A DNA stretch of 32,000 nucleotides from Propionibacterium ruminifibrarum (GCF_900289195.1 NZ_OMOH01000002.1:181206-213205); one strand, 5' to 3'. Positions 7,196-15,548 are shown, counted from the first letter of the stretch. Notes: generated from the letters alone by a model not told the origin. Translations and numbers: made by a program.

Positions 7196-8353
7196 CTACC
7201 CCTGACCCCTCGTCAGCAGGACAACGGTCTCCACGTGGTGGGTCATGGGGAAGATGTCGAAGGCCCGCACCCCGGTGAGCTCGTAGCCGCGGGCGCGCAG
7301 GCCGGCCACGTCGCGGCCGAGGGCCGCCGGGTCGCAGGCGACGTAGACGATGGCGCGGGCACCCAGCCCGGTCACCGCGTCGATGACCCGCTTGCCGGCA
7401 CCCGAGCGCGGCGGGTCGAGGACGACGGCATCGGCCCGCGTTCCCAGCCTGGTCAGGCCGCGTTCGAGACGGGAGGCGAGGAAGCGGGCCTGAGGCACAT
7501 TGGCGCGGGCCAGGCGCACGGCCGTCTGGTTCGCCTCCATGCCCGTGACCCGGGCGCCGGCCCGGGCGAGCGCGCCGGCGAACAGACCCACGCCGCAGTA
7601 CAGGTCGAGCACTCTCTCCCCCTCGCGCACCCGGAGCGCGTTCAGGACGGCGTCGGTCAGGGCCTCGGCGGCGCCGGGGTGCACCTGCCAGAAGCCGTCG
7701 GCGCGGACCCGGAAGTCCATTCCGCGCACCTGCTGGGTGACGACCGGCTCGCCGGAGAGCACCCGGCCGTCGCTCGTGACCGTCACGCCCGAGTCGGCGA
7801 CGGTGACGGTGATCTCGCGCCCGGCACGGGCGGCATGACGCGCGAGGTCGTGCGGCGCGGGCCCCCGCGGGTCGGCGAGCAGGAAACCCGTCCCCGCCGG
7901 TGGTTCGACGAGTTCGTCGGTGTGGTAGCCGCGCAGGCCGACCCGGCCGTCCTCGTGCAGGTACCGCATCCGGGTGCGCCAGCCCCAGCCCTCACGATCA
8001 CCGGACACCGCCTCGACCCGGACCTCGGCGTCGACGCCGCCGAGGCGGGCGAGCTGCTCGGTGACCACCTGCGCCTTGAGGCGGCGCTGGGCCGCCAGGG
8101 TGGCGAAGGCGAAATCGGTGCCGGCGTAGGCGGCCGGCGCCAGCTCCGGCTCGACACGGTCGGGTGAGGCCTCGAGCACCCGGCGGACGCGCCCGTTCCA
8201 GTACCGGTCGTGGCGGGTGTCGGTGAGCTCGACGATCGCCGTCTCGCCGGGCAGCCCGCCGCGGACGAAGACGACACGGCCCTCGTGACGGGCCACGACG
8301 TGGCCGCCGTGGGCGATGGGTCCGAGTTCGAGCGGTCCGATGAACTCGTTCAT
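7196..8353 (-). CDS. TRAM-domain class I SAM-dependent RNA (uracil-5-)-methyltransferase, RumA/TrmA family
   Basis: Within ORF 7196..8395, with start at ATG 8353 (MNEFIGPLELGPIAHGGHVVARHEGRVVFVRGGLPGE...), a TRAM-like N-terminus. Contains the SAM motif VLDLYCGVGLFAG and the catalytic-region motifs VVLDPPRSGAG and VYVACDPAALGRD. Confidence 0.85.
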   Translation of the reverse strand: MNEFIGPLELGPIAHGGHVVARHEGRVVFVRGGLPGETAIVELTDTRHDRYWNGRVRRVLEASPDRVEPELAPAAYAGTDFAFATLAAQRRLKAQVVTEQLARLGGVDAEVRVEAVSGDREGWGWRTRMRYLHEDGRVGLRGYHTDELVEPPAGTGFLLADPRGPAPHDLARHAARAGREITVTVADSGVTVTSDGRVLSGEPVVTQQVRGMDFRVRADGFWQVHPGAAEALTDAVLNALRVREGERVLDLYCGVGLFAGALARAGARVTGMEANQTAVRLARANVPQARFLASRLERGLTRLGTRADAVVLDPPRSGAGKRVIDAVTGLGARAIVYVACDPAALGRDVAGLRARGYELTGVRAFDIFPMTHHVETVVLLTRGQG

Positions 8354-8683
8354 GCCGCACCGCCCCGCACGACGGGGGCACCACAGCGGGGGCACCGTGG
8401 CTCAAGGGCGCGCGGCGAAGAGGCCCGCGCACCATCGCAGCGTCCGGCCCCGTTCCCGATCCTCACAGGAACTCAGCCTAGTCCGGTCGGGGGCCGGCAC
8501 GCCCTGCCGAAGGGTCACGGCGGCTGCGTCGCGGCGCGGGCGAGCCCTCGGCGGTCGACTCGCCCGGCCGATGCGGTGCGGCACGAGGAGAGGGCCTGCG
8601 GTCGAGCGCCGTCGCCGGCAGGTCCGGCTGTGGGCTGCTCAGAGCGAGCGGCAGCCGCCGACCCCTCGATCAGAGAGGGCGCT

Positions 8684-8785
8684 GGGGATCGGCCCAGGAG
8701 CGTGCGGACGACCGACCGGGGCATCCGGCCGCTGGGAATCCGGCCGGGGTCGGCCCAGGAGCGTGCGGGCGGCCGTCCCCGGGGC
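8684..8785. repeat. Imperfect direct repeat (two copies of about 40 bp, 61-bp period) in the trkA upstream region
   Basis: The exact 19-mer TCGGCCCAGGAGCGTGCGG occurs at 8689..8707 and again at 8750..8768. The flanks are similar: GGGG(A) before, and (A/G)CG(A/G)CCG...CCGGGGC after. A third partial copy of the leading GCTGGG(G/A)ATC(C)GGCC lies at 8731..8745. Confidence 0.7.
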
Positions 8786-8846
8786 TTGGCTAGTCTTGTC
8801 AGCGCTGCCGGCATCGTCCGGGCCGGTGGCCGGAGCGGAGGTCGAG

Positions 8847-9509
8847 GTGCACATCATCATCATGGGCTGCGGGCGTGTCGGCTCGACCCTGGCCCGCGGC
8901 CTGGAGCGGCGCGGGCACACGGTCAGCGTGATCGACCAGAACGCCGAGTCCTTCCGCCGTCTGGGTTCGGAATTCGGCGGCCACACCTACAAGGGCATCG
9001 GTTTCGACCGTGACGTGCTCATCCGGGCCGGTATCCGTGATGCCGACGGTTTCGCCGCAGTGGCGAGCGGAGACAACTCCAACATTCTGGCGGCCCGGGT
9101 GGCCCGCGAGGAGTTCGGCGTGCAGAACGTCGTCGCCCGCATCTACGACCAGGGGCGCGCCGAGGTGTACGAGAAACTCGGCATCCCCACCGTCGCCACC
9201 ATCCGCTGGGCGGCCGGCCAGGTGATGAACCGGCTCCTCGGGGACGCGGCCACCCCCGTGTGGCGTGACCCGTCGGGCACCACGGCGCTCTACCAGATGC
9301 CCTTCGCCGCCGAATGGGTCGGCACCCCCATCGAGACCATCGAACACCGCCTGCACCTGAGGATCCCGTTCCTCACCCGGCTGGGCACCGGCATGGTGCC
9401 CTCGGGCGAGCTGCTGGTTCAGGAGGGCGACGTACTCTACGCCGCGGTGCCCACCGAACGCGCCGCCTCGGCGTACGAGGCCATGTCGAACCCACCCGAA
9501 CAGGACTGA
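8847..9509 (+). CDS. trkA: TrkA-type potassium-uptake regulatory protein (RCK: NAD-binding plus C-terminal domain), first of a tandem pair (CeoB-like)
   Basis: In frame with ORF 8316..9509. I place the start at GTG 8847 (VHIIIMGCGRVGSTLARGLERRGHTVSVIDQN...) with GGAGG 6 nt upstream. It has the Rossmann motif GCGRVG. The upstream part of the ORF is Arg/Pro/Gly-rich non-coding-like sequence. Confidence 0.85.
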   Translation: MHIIIMGCGRVGSTLARGLERRGHTVSVIDQNAESFRRLGSEFGGHTYKGIGFDRDVLIRAGIRDADGFAAVASGDNSNILAARVAREEFGVQNVVARIYDQGRAEVYEKLGIPTVATIRWAAGQVMNRLLGDAATPVWRDPSGTTALYQMPFAAEWVGTPIETIEHRLHLRIPFLTRLGTGMVPSGELLVQEGDVLYAAVPTERAASAYEAMSNPPEQD

Positions 9510-9521
9510 GAGGGAATCACG

Positions 9522-10211
9522 GTGCGCATCTCCATCGCCGGGGCGGGCAACGTCGGCCGTTCCATCGCTCGCGAACTCATCACCAACGGGCACGAGGTGC
9601 TCCTCATCGAGAAGGACCCGCACGCCATCAGGTCCGATGCGGTCCCGGAGGCCGAGTGGCTGCTCGCCGACGCCTGCGAGATGGATTCGCTGGCCGAGGC
9701 GGGTCTGGAGACCTGCGATGTGATCATCGCCGCGACCGGTGACGACAAGGTCAACCTCGTCTACGCGCTGCTGGCCAAGACCGAGTTCGGCGTGCCCCGG
9801 ACCGTCACCCGCATCAATCACCCGGAGAATGAGTGGCTGTTCACCGAGCAGTGGGGGGTCGACGTGGCCGTGTCCACGCCGCGGATCATGTCGGCCCTGG
9901 TCGAGGAGGCCGTCTCGGTCGGTGCGGTCGTGCGCCTGCTGACCTTCAACGCGGGTTCGGCCAACCTCGTCGAGCTGACACTGCCGGATTCGGCCCCGGC
10001 CACCGGCCGTCGCGTGAGCGACCTGGAACTGCCCGGCGATGGCGTGCTCGTGGCGATCATCCGCGACGGCCAGGCCCAGCCACCACGCCCGGACGAGGCC
10101 CTCGAGGGTGGCGACGAACTGCTCTTCACGATCAGTGCGGACCACGAGCGGCAGCTGACCGCCCTCCTGGCCGGCAGTGACTCCGAGGCACCGCGCCACC
10201 CCACGCGCTGA
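9522..10211 (+). CDS. trkA: TrkA-type potassium-uptake regulatory protein, second of the tandem pair (CeoC-like)
   Basis: ORF 9522..10211 with a GTG start. The N-terminus MRISIAGAGNVGRSIARELITNGHEVLLIEKD is a Rossmann fold, and a C-terminal TrkA_C-like segment (LVELTLPDSAPATGRRVSDLELPGDGVLVAIIRDG) follows. It begins 12 bp after the first trkA. Confidence 0.85.
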   Translation: MRISIAGAGNVGRSIARELITNGHEVLLIEKDPHAIRSDAVPEAEWLLADACEMDSLAEAGLETCDVIIAATGDDKVNLVYALLAKTEFGVPRTVTRINHPENEWLFTEQWGVDVAVSTPRIMSALVEEAVSVGAVVRLLTFNAGSANLVELTLPDSAPATGRRVSDLELPGDGVLVAIIRDGQAQPPRPDEALEGGDELLFTISADHERQLTALLAGSDSEAPRHPTR

Positions 10212-10228
10212 CCAGGTCCATCCCCGGC

Positions 10229-10588
10229 TCAGGCGAGCAGTTCGTACCGCGGGTTGAAGATGACGCGTCTCCCACGGTGCTCGCCGATGAGGCCGGTCAC
10301 CCTCAGGGCCCGGCCTGGGGTGACGCCCGCGATCTGGCGGCGGCCCATCCAGATGATCGTCACGGTGCCGGTACCGTCCGCCAACTCGGCCTCGAGCCAG
10401 TGCTGCCCGGGGCCCGGGTTGGCGGCCAGGGCCGCCACCCGGCCCTGGAGCGTCAGGCGCTCCCTGGCGGGTGCGGTGGCGATGGGAACCGGCCCGTCGT
10501 CGCGGGCCTCGTCCTGGTCGTCGTCCCGGTCGCTGCCGAACAATCGGGACAACAGGCCTCTGCGCCCACCCCCGCCGGGCATGATCAC
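10229..10588 (-). CDS. OB-fold nucleic-acid-binding-domain protein (conserved actinobacterial, Rv2694c-like)
   Basis: ORF 10229..10588 with a GTG start at 10588 (ATG 10582 is an alternative). The pattern LTLQGRVAALA...WLEAELADGTGTVTIIWMGRRQIAGVTPGRALRVTGLIGEH.GRRVIFNPRYELL matches the small OB-fold protein that accompanies DUF3710 and trkA in actinobacteria. Confidence 0.7.
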   Translation of the reverse strand: MIMPGGGGRRGLLSRLFGSDRDDDQDEARDDGPVPIATAPARERLTLQGRVAALAANPGPGQHWLEAELADGTGTVTIIWMGRRQIAGVTPGRALRVTGLIGEHRGRRVIFNPRYELLA

Positions 10589-11367
10589 TTCGTCCCGGCG
10601 GGCTTCTGCCGAGTCTGGGCGGCGAGCTCGGGCGACATGGTCATCGGGATGAGCTCGCCGGGCACCTTCGGCTTGTCGCCGCGGCGCACCACGGTGTTGG
10701 CGAAGAGTTCGTAGAGCAGCTCGGTGGAGCCCTCGACGCCCTCGGCCAGTCCCGCCTCGCCCATGAGGACGCCGCGCAGCAGCCAGCGGGGCCCCTGGGC
10801 GAACCAGGTGCGCGAGACGTGGTAGCCGTGCTGGCCCTGCTGGGTGGTGATCGGGACGACGCGACGCACCTCGGTGCCGAACGGGCCGGCCGTCAAGGTG
10901 GCCTTGCCGCCGGCCTTCTGGGCGTTGGCGACCATCTCGTCACGCACCTCGGCGCGCATGTCGCGGTGGGCCGGCGCGGCGAACAGCGACAGCTCCATGA
11001 CGGACTGGCCCGACACGGCCAGGATCGCCTGCAACTGCTGCGTCTGCTGGTTGACCTGCAGCTGCAGCTGCATGCCGTCGAAGGGGGTCAGGATCAGCGC
11101 ATCGAAGTCCATGCGTTCGATGTCGTCGGCGTCCAGGTCGACCTCTGACAGGTCGAAGGGCCCCTCCTCACGCCAGTCGCGCGACGCGTCGAGCCGCTGC
11201 CACTCGTCGAGCTCGACCTCCGGCTCATCGGACTCCGCTTCTGCGTCATCGTCGACGTCGTCGACGGCCTCGTCTGCTGCCTCGTCCGCGTCGGACTCGG
11301 TCTCGTCGAGGAGTTCCTCCTCGGGGGCGTCCTCGTCAACTGCCTTGCGCTTCTTCCGGCCGAACAT
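10585..11367 (-). CDS. DUF3710-family protein (Rv2696c-like) with an acidic N-terminal region
   Basis: ORF 10585..11367. An MFGRKKRK start is followed by a D/E-rich tail and then GPFDLSEVDLD...LSLFAAPAHRDMRAEVRDEM...GPFGTEVRRVVP...GPRWLLRGVLMGEAG, characteristic of DUF3710. Confidence 0.75.
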   Translation of the reverse strand: MFGRKKRKAVDEDAPEEELLDETESDADEAADEAVDDVDDDAEAESDEPEVELDEWQRLDASRDWREEGPFDLSEVDLDADDIERMDFDALILTPFDGMQLQLQVNQQTQQLQAILAVSGQSVMELSLFAAPAHRDMRAEVRDEMVANAQKAGGKATLTAGPFGTEVRRVVPITTQQGQHGYHVSRTWFAQGPRWLLRGVLMGEAGLAEGVEGSTELLYELFANTVVRRGDKPKVPGELIPMTMSPELAAQTRQKPAGTK

Positions 11368-11587
11368 TCAGGCTTCCCACCATCGTCTTGCGTCTGCGTG
11401 AGGTTCACTTTGCGGCAGGCCCGGTGCCGTGCCGTGCTCAAGCCTAACGCCACACCCCCAACCAGTCGGCCCTCGCGGCCTGACGGCTGACACTCCACGG
11501 CGAGGCAGCCGTCGGCGCGGAACCAGACCTTAGGATGGGTTCGTAGCGGATCAAGACGTCCGCGGCCGATACCAGATGGGAGGCAGG

Positions 11588-11893
11588 ATGGCATCTCGCG
11601 CCACAAATACCCAGTTCAAGGTGCTTGCAGGAGTCCTCGGCACGGTTGCAGCAGTCGCCGGCCAGAAGCTCCTGACCGCCTCATGGAAGAAGGTCACGGG
11701 CGAGGAGCCGCCTGACCCGAATGATCCGAAGGTCCCTCTGACGAAGGCGGCGGGCTGGATCATCGCGAGCGGCATCAGCGTGGCAGTCATCCAGCTCGTC
11801 GTGGAGCGTTGCGCGGCGGCCAGGATCACCCGGTTCACCGGTGAGATCCCCGACCTGGGCAGACGCAAGATCCACGTCAACCTGAAGAAGTGA
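11588..11893 (+). CDS. DUF4235-family small membrane-associated protein
   Basis: ORF 11576..11893. The start is either ATG 11576 or ATG 11588; GGGAGG at 11578..11583 favours 11588. The pattern AGVLGTVAAVAGQKLLTASWKKVTGEEPPDPNDP...AAGWIIASGISVAVIQLVVER.AA fits DUF4235. Confidence 0.65.
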   Translation: MASRATNTQFKVLAGVLGTVAAVAGQKLLTASWKKVTGEEPPDPNDPKVPLTKAAGWIIASGISVAVIQLVVERCAAARITRFTGEIPDLGRRKIHVNLKK

Positions 11894-11918
11894 CCCGGGC
11901 CGATCGCCCCAGGACGCC

Positions 11919-11955
11919 AACGGGGGTCCGCACCATTGTGGTGCGGACCCCCGTT
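11919..11955. terminator. Perfect hairpin between convergent genes (bidirectional terminator candidate)
   Basis: AACGGGGGTCCGCACCA, then TTG, then TGGTGCGGACCCCCGTT. The 17-nt arms are perfectly complementary. It lies between the stop at 11893 (+) and the stop at 11998 (-). Confidence 0.7.
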
Positions 11956-11997
11956 GTTCGATCACACGTGAGCCGGCCGGTCCTGTTCGGCTCCGGA

Positions 11998-12294
11998 TCA
12001 GACGCAGTCGACGCAGTAGGCCTTCCCGTCTCGTTCCTCCGCCAGCTGGCTGCGGGACTTCACCAGGAAGCAGCTGGCGCAGGTGAACTCGTCGGACTGC
12101 CTGGGCAGGACGCGCACGGTCAGCTCCTCGTGGGACAGGTCCGCGCCGGGCAGTTCGAATGACTCCGCCGCCTCGGCCTCGTCCTCGTCGACCTTGCCAG
12201 AATTCTTGTCGTTACGACGGTTCTTGAGCTCCTCGATCGAGTCTTCGCGGGACTCCTCATCAGTTTTGCGGGGTGCATCGTAATCAGTCGCCAT
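11998..12294 (-). CDS. DUF4193-family protein (Rv2699c-like)
   Basis: ORF 11998..12294. MATDYDAPRKTDEES...ELPGADLSHEELTVRVLPRQSDEFTCASCFLVKSRSQLA...YCVDC is the highly conserved actinobacterial DUF4193 pattern. GGAAGG lies 6 nt upstream. Confidence 0.8.
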   Translation of the reverse strand: MATDYDAPRKTDEESREDSIEELKNRRNDKNSGKVDEDEAEAAESFELPGADLSHEELTVRVLPRQSDEFTCASCFLVKSRSQLAEERDGKAYCVDCV

Positions 12295-12634
12295 GATGAC
12301 CTTCCGAAAAGAAATGGGTGGGCTTCGCTACCGGCGCCAGCGAACAGTACCTCCTGACCGGTAAATCGTGGGCATCATACCCAAAGAATCCCCAAAACAA
12401 ACACCATGTCGCGAACGAGGACGGGGACGGTCCGCCAACGCACGATGAGCGGCGCTGCGGCGCCTCGCCATGCCGGCCTCGACGGCGACGTCCCCGCGGA
12501 TCGCACCCCGCGGGCATGCCGGGAGGACTCGCGGACAGCCGGGCGCGGTAGATTTGCCCCAGTCACGTGCCCAGTCGCGTGAGTCATGATGACCGACCAG
12601 GCCCGGGCCCGGGCAGCATACGGGGAGATGCCAG

Positions 12635-13753
12635 ATGGACAGTGCCTTGACGCCGCGCGAGATTCAGTCCCGCATCCGCGCAGGCGAGTCCCCTGCTGAT
12701 GTCGCACGCGCCGCAGGGGTGCCGGTCGACGGCATCGAGGGCTACGCGGCCCCCGTTCTGGCCGAGCGCGAGCACATGGCCACGACGGCCCAGGCGGCCC
12801 AGTGCCGCCGCGGCGACGGTCGCGGACTGGTGCAGTTGGGTCAGGCGGTGCGCACCCGTCTGGGGTCAGAAGGCATCGACGCGGCCTCTGTCGACTGGGA
12901 CGCCTGGCGCGAGGAGGACCGGGTCGACCGTCACTGGACGGTTCAGGCCAGCTACCGCATCGGCTCCACCGTCCACCAGGCGCGATTCGACTTCGACCCT
13001 CGCGGCCGTTTCGCGTCGGCCATCGGCGACGACGCCCGCTGGCTCCTCGGTGAGGAGCCGCCACGTCCACGCACCCCGATCCGCAGAACCGACCCCGACA
13101 CCGAACCCACCGTCGACCTCAATGACGAGATGGCCATCGTCCGGGCCGTCCAGCCCTCCGGGCGACCCGGCGGGGGCGCCGCGCTCGCCGAGGTCTACGA
13201 GGCGGCCGAGTCCAGCGGGCTCGACGACGGCCGGGGCGAGGAGGACGGCGACGAGGGCGACGAACTCGAGCACACCGGTCTGACCAAGGTGGGCGGCGTC
13301 TACGATCTCGTTCCGAACCCGACCTCCGACATGGACGTCCTGTACGACATGCTCTCCGGTTTCGACGAGGACTCCGTGCACGTCTACGCCGGCCTCAACC
13401 AGCCGGTTGCGGTGAGCGGGGCAGACGTCGGGGAGGCAGACCGGGACGAGCCGCCGGAGCCCGACCGGGACGAGCCGTCCCCCGACGGGTCCGAGCCGGC
13501 CCGGGAGGAAGCCGCTGAGACACGGCCGGGGGCGGACCAGGGGCCGTCCGACGAGCAGGCGCCCGCCGACACCGATGGCACCGAGACGGCTCCCGAACCC
13601 GAGCAGGATCCGCTGCTTGAGGCGCCGCCCCCGTCCGAGCCGAAGAAGAAGACCCCGCGTCGACGCAAGAACCGTGCCTCGGTGCCCAGCTGGGACGAGA
13701 TCATGTTCGGGGGCCCGCGCAAGCCCGGGGATTCGGACACGGACCTGCGCTGA
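12635..13753 (+). CDS. sepH: SepH-like septation protein (DUF3071 HTH region, disordered acidic/Pro-rich linker, conserved basic C-terminus)
   Basis: ORF 12635..13753 with GGGGAG 7 nt upstream. Contains LTPREIQSRIRAGESPADVARAAGVPVDGIEGYAAPVLAEREH (HTH segment), WDAWREEDRVDRHWTVQASY, and the C-terminal KKKTPRRRKNRASVPSWDEIMFGG. Confidence 0.7.
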   Translation: MDSALTPREIQSRIRAGESPADVARAAGVPVDGIEGYAAPVLAEREHMATTAQAAQCRRGDGRGLVQLGQAVRTRLGSEGIDAASVDWDAWREEDRVDRHWTVQASYRIGSTVHQARFDFDPRGRFASAIGDDARWLLGEEPPRPRTPIRRTDPDTEPTVDLNDEMAIVRAVQPSGRPGGGAALAEVYEAAESSGLDDGRGEEDGDEGDELEHTGLTKVGGVYDLVPNPTSDMDVLYDMLSGFDEDSVHVYAGLNQPVAVSGADVGEADRDEPPEPDRDEPSPDGSEPAREEAAETRPGADQGPSDEQAPADTDGTETAPEPEQDPLLEAPPPSEPKKKTPRRRKNRASVPSWDEIMFGGPRKPGDSDTDLR

Positions 13754-13827
13754 CCCCGCTGCGCCCCGGAGGGGGCTCTGTCGAGCCGGAGCCCGCCGCT
13801 CCCCGGGCCCGCGGCCGTGGCGGGCGC

Positions 13828-14958
13828 TCAGCCTCGACCCGCGTCCACGAGCAGCGGCACCTCGATCTCGGCGGGTTCGAGTGAGCCGTGGTGGCCCACC
13901 AGCCGGAACTCGTGCTCACGGGTGCGGGTCATGACGGCCCAGTCCCGGCGAGCGGCGACGAGGACGTCCCCGAGCCGTGCCGTGGTGCTCGCCGTGACCT
14001 GCGGACCGAACCAGCCGGCGGCGACGGCCTCCTCGCGGGTGCAGACCCAGGCCCGCTCTCCCATGACCTCGGTCCAGCGCGCCGCGACGGCCCCGGGTTC
14101 GCGCGTGTAGAGGTGCCGCAGGCGCGGCTCGCCGCCGACGAGGTCGACCTGGTCGCTCAGGCCCGGCGTGTCCTCGAGCGGGACCTGCCCCCTGGCCGGC
14201 ACGTCGACCATGCCGTGGTCCCCGGTGATGAGCAGGCAGACGTCCCCGGGCAGTGTCCTGCGCAGGACGGCGATGTCGGCGTCGATGCGGGCCAGCTGGT
14301 CGCGCCAGGGGCGGGAGGCGACGCCCTTGCCGTGGCCGGCGTGGTCAAGACCTCCCTCGTAGACGTAGGCGAAGGACGGCCCCGCGGCGACGGCTGCCCT
14401 GACGGCCTCGGCCCGGGCCGCGATGGGGGCCCTCTTGCCGAAGCCGCGGAAGAAACCGCCGCGCAGTGCCGCGCGGGTCAGGCCGCTGCCGCGGAACGCG
14501 GCCTGTGAGACGGTGGTGACGGTGACACCGTCCTGCTCCATGCGTTCGAGCCAGGTGGGGTGCGGTTGGAGTCGCTCCGGGGGCGGGTCCATGGGGCCCC
14601 AATCGAGGGGGCACAGGAGCCCTGCACCACTACTGGGCCGGAAGGTGTAGCCGACGATGCCGTGTACGCCGGGCGCGCAACCCGTGCCGAGTGTCGCCAG
14701 CGAGCAGGCCGTGGTGGTGGGCACGGGCGCGCTGACCGGGAACGAGTCGGCGAGCAGCTCGGGCAGGTGCGACAGCGAGGACCCGTGGGCGCGCAGCTGG
14801 TTCCAGCCCATCCCGTCAACGAGCAGGAGCACGTAGGCGCGGGCCTCCGGAATGCCCAGGGCGTCGTCGACGTCCTCGGCGCCCAGGTGGGATGCGATGG
14901 CGGGGAGCACCTCGGCGAGTGTCCCGCGCCCGTAGCCGGGGCCGGCGGGAATGCTCAC
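13828..14958 (-). CDS. Alkaline-phosphatase-superfamily protein (type I phosphodiesterase/nucleotide pyrophosphatase-like)
   Basis: ORF 13828..14958 with a GTG start. Contains metal-site-type motifs LLLVDGMGWNQL, PTTTACSLATLGTG, YEGGLDHAGHGKG and LITGDHGMVD. Confidence 0.8.
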   Translation of the reverse strand: MSIPAGPGYGRGTLAEVLPAIASHLGAEDVDDALGIPEARAYVLLLVDGMGWNQLRAHGSSLSHLPELLADSFPVSAPVPTTTACSLATLGTGCAPGVHGIVGYTFRPSSGAGLLCPLDWGPMDPPPERLQPHPTWLERMEQDGVTVTTVSQAAFRGSGLTRAALRGGFFRGFGKRAPIAARAEAVRAAVAAGPSFAYVYEGGLDHAGHGKGVASRPWRDQLARIDADIAVLRRTLPGDVCLLITGDHGMVDVPARGQVPLEDTPGLSDQVDLVGGEPRLRHLYTREPGAVAARWTEVMGERAWVCTREEAVAAGWFGPQVTASTTARLGDVLVAARRDWAVMTRTREHEFRLVGHHGSLEPAEIEVPLLVDAGRG

Positions 14959-15548
14959 CGCGGGCCCTGCCCGTGGGCCAGACGTTGGAGCGTCGAGGCG
15001 AACTCGACCAGGCGCTGCACGTTCTCCGGGCCGTCCGCGGCCGGGCTCATCCGGATCGTGATGTCCTCGCCGGCCGCCTCACCCTCGAAACCGTGATCGG
15101 CCGTGCAGGACGGGTCGCCGCAGTGGGCGGGGACGATCTGCAGGCGCCGCACGGCGTCCCAGGTGAGCGTCAGCCAGGTCTCGGTGACGGCCGAGTCGGA
15201 GCCGCCGTAGTGCTCGGGGTGGGTGACGGCCCGGCTCACCGTGATGACCCCGAGCAGCCGCAGCGGCACCGACTCACTCGTGGTGACCGCCGAGTCCCGG
15301 CCGTGGGCGTCGGTCTCCTCGTCGGTGTGGCTGACGATGAGACGCCCGGGGGTGAGGACGAGGACGGTGAGATGACGGATGATGCCCTCGGCCCCGACCG
15401 TTGCCTCGTGCTGGACGAGGAAGTCGACGATCGTCTCGCCCCCGACCGCCATGGAGACCGAGTCCTCGACGAGTTCGGGGAAGAACCCGCACTCGTCGAC
15501 GCGGTCGCGCAGGGCCTTCGGAAGCGTGGGCTGACTGATGTTCGTCAC
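14955..15548 (-). CDS. Conserved actinobacterial hypothetical protein (DUF5998-like) that usually accompanies the phosphodiesterase above
   Basis: ORF 14955..15548. Third codon positions are G/C-rich. Its stop overlaps the start of the downstream gene in GTGA (14955..14958). The family assignment is from memory of the gene pair, not from a motif. Confidence 0.6.
   Translation of the reverse strand: MTNISQPTLPKALRDRVDECGFFPELVEDSVSMAVGGETIVDFLVQHEATVGAEGIIRHLTVLVLTPGRLIVSHTDEETDAHGRDSAVTTSESVPLRLLGVITVSRAVTHPEHYGGSDSAVTETWLTLTWDAVRRLQIVPAHCGDPSCTADHGFEGEAAGEDITIRMSPAADGPENVQRLVEFASTLQRLAHGQGPR

Noticed and set aside
8354-8846. A cyclic-di-AMP (ydaO/kimA-type) riboswitch upstream of the potassium-uptake genes
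   Set aside because: I considered it because c-di-AMP riboswitches control K+ transporters and have pseudo-twofold repeats. However, the strongly conserved ...CAGCUAACCUCGUAAGCG-type segment and the GGGGACCCA/GGGUGAAUC boxes, as I remember them, are not present. Only an Infernal scan could settle this.
8799-10199. A 466-aa minus-strand ORF opposite both trkA genes
   Set aside because: It is a shadow ORF. The plus strand has two Rossmann/RCK proteins with good RBS and start contexts.
13430-13480. A tandem 15-bp DNA repeat GACCGGGACGAGCCG (two copies) inside sepH
   Set aside because: It simply encodes a repeated DRDEP peptide in the disordered acidic/Pro-rich linker. I see it as low-complexity coding sequence rather than a separate element.
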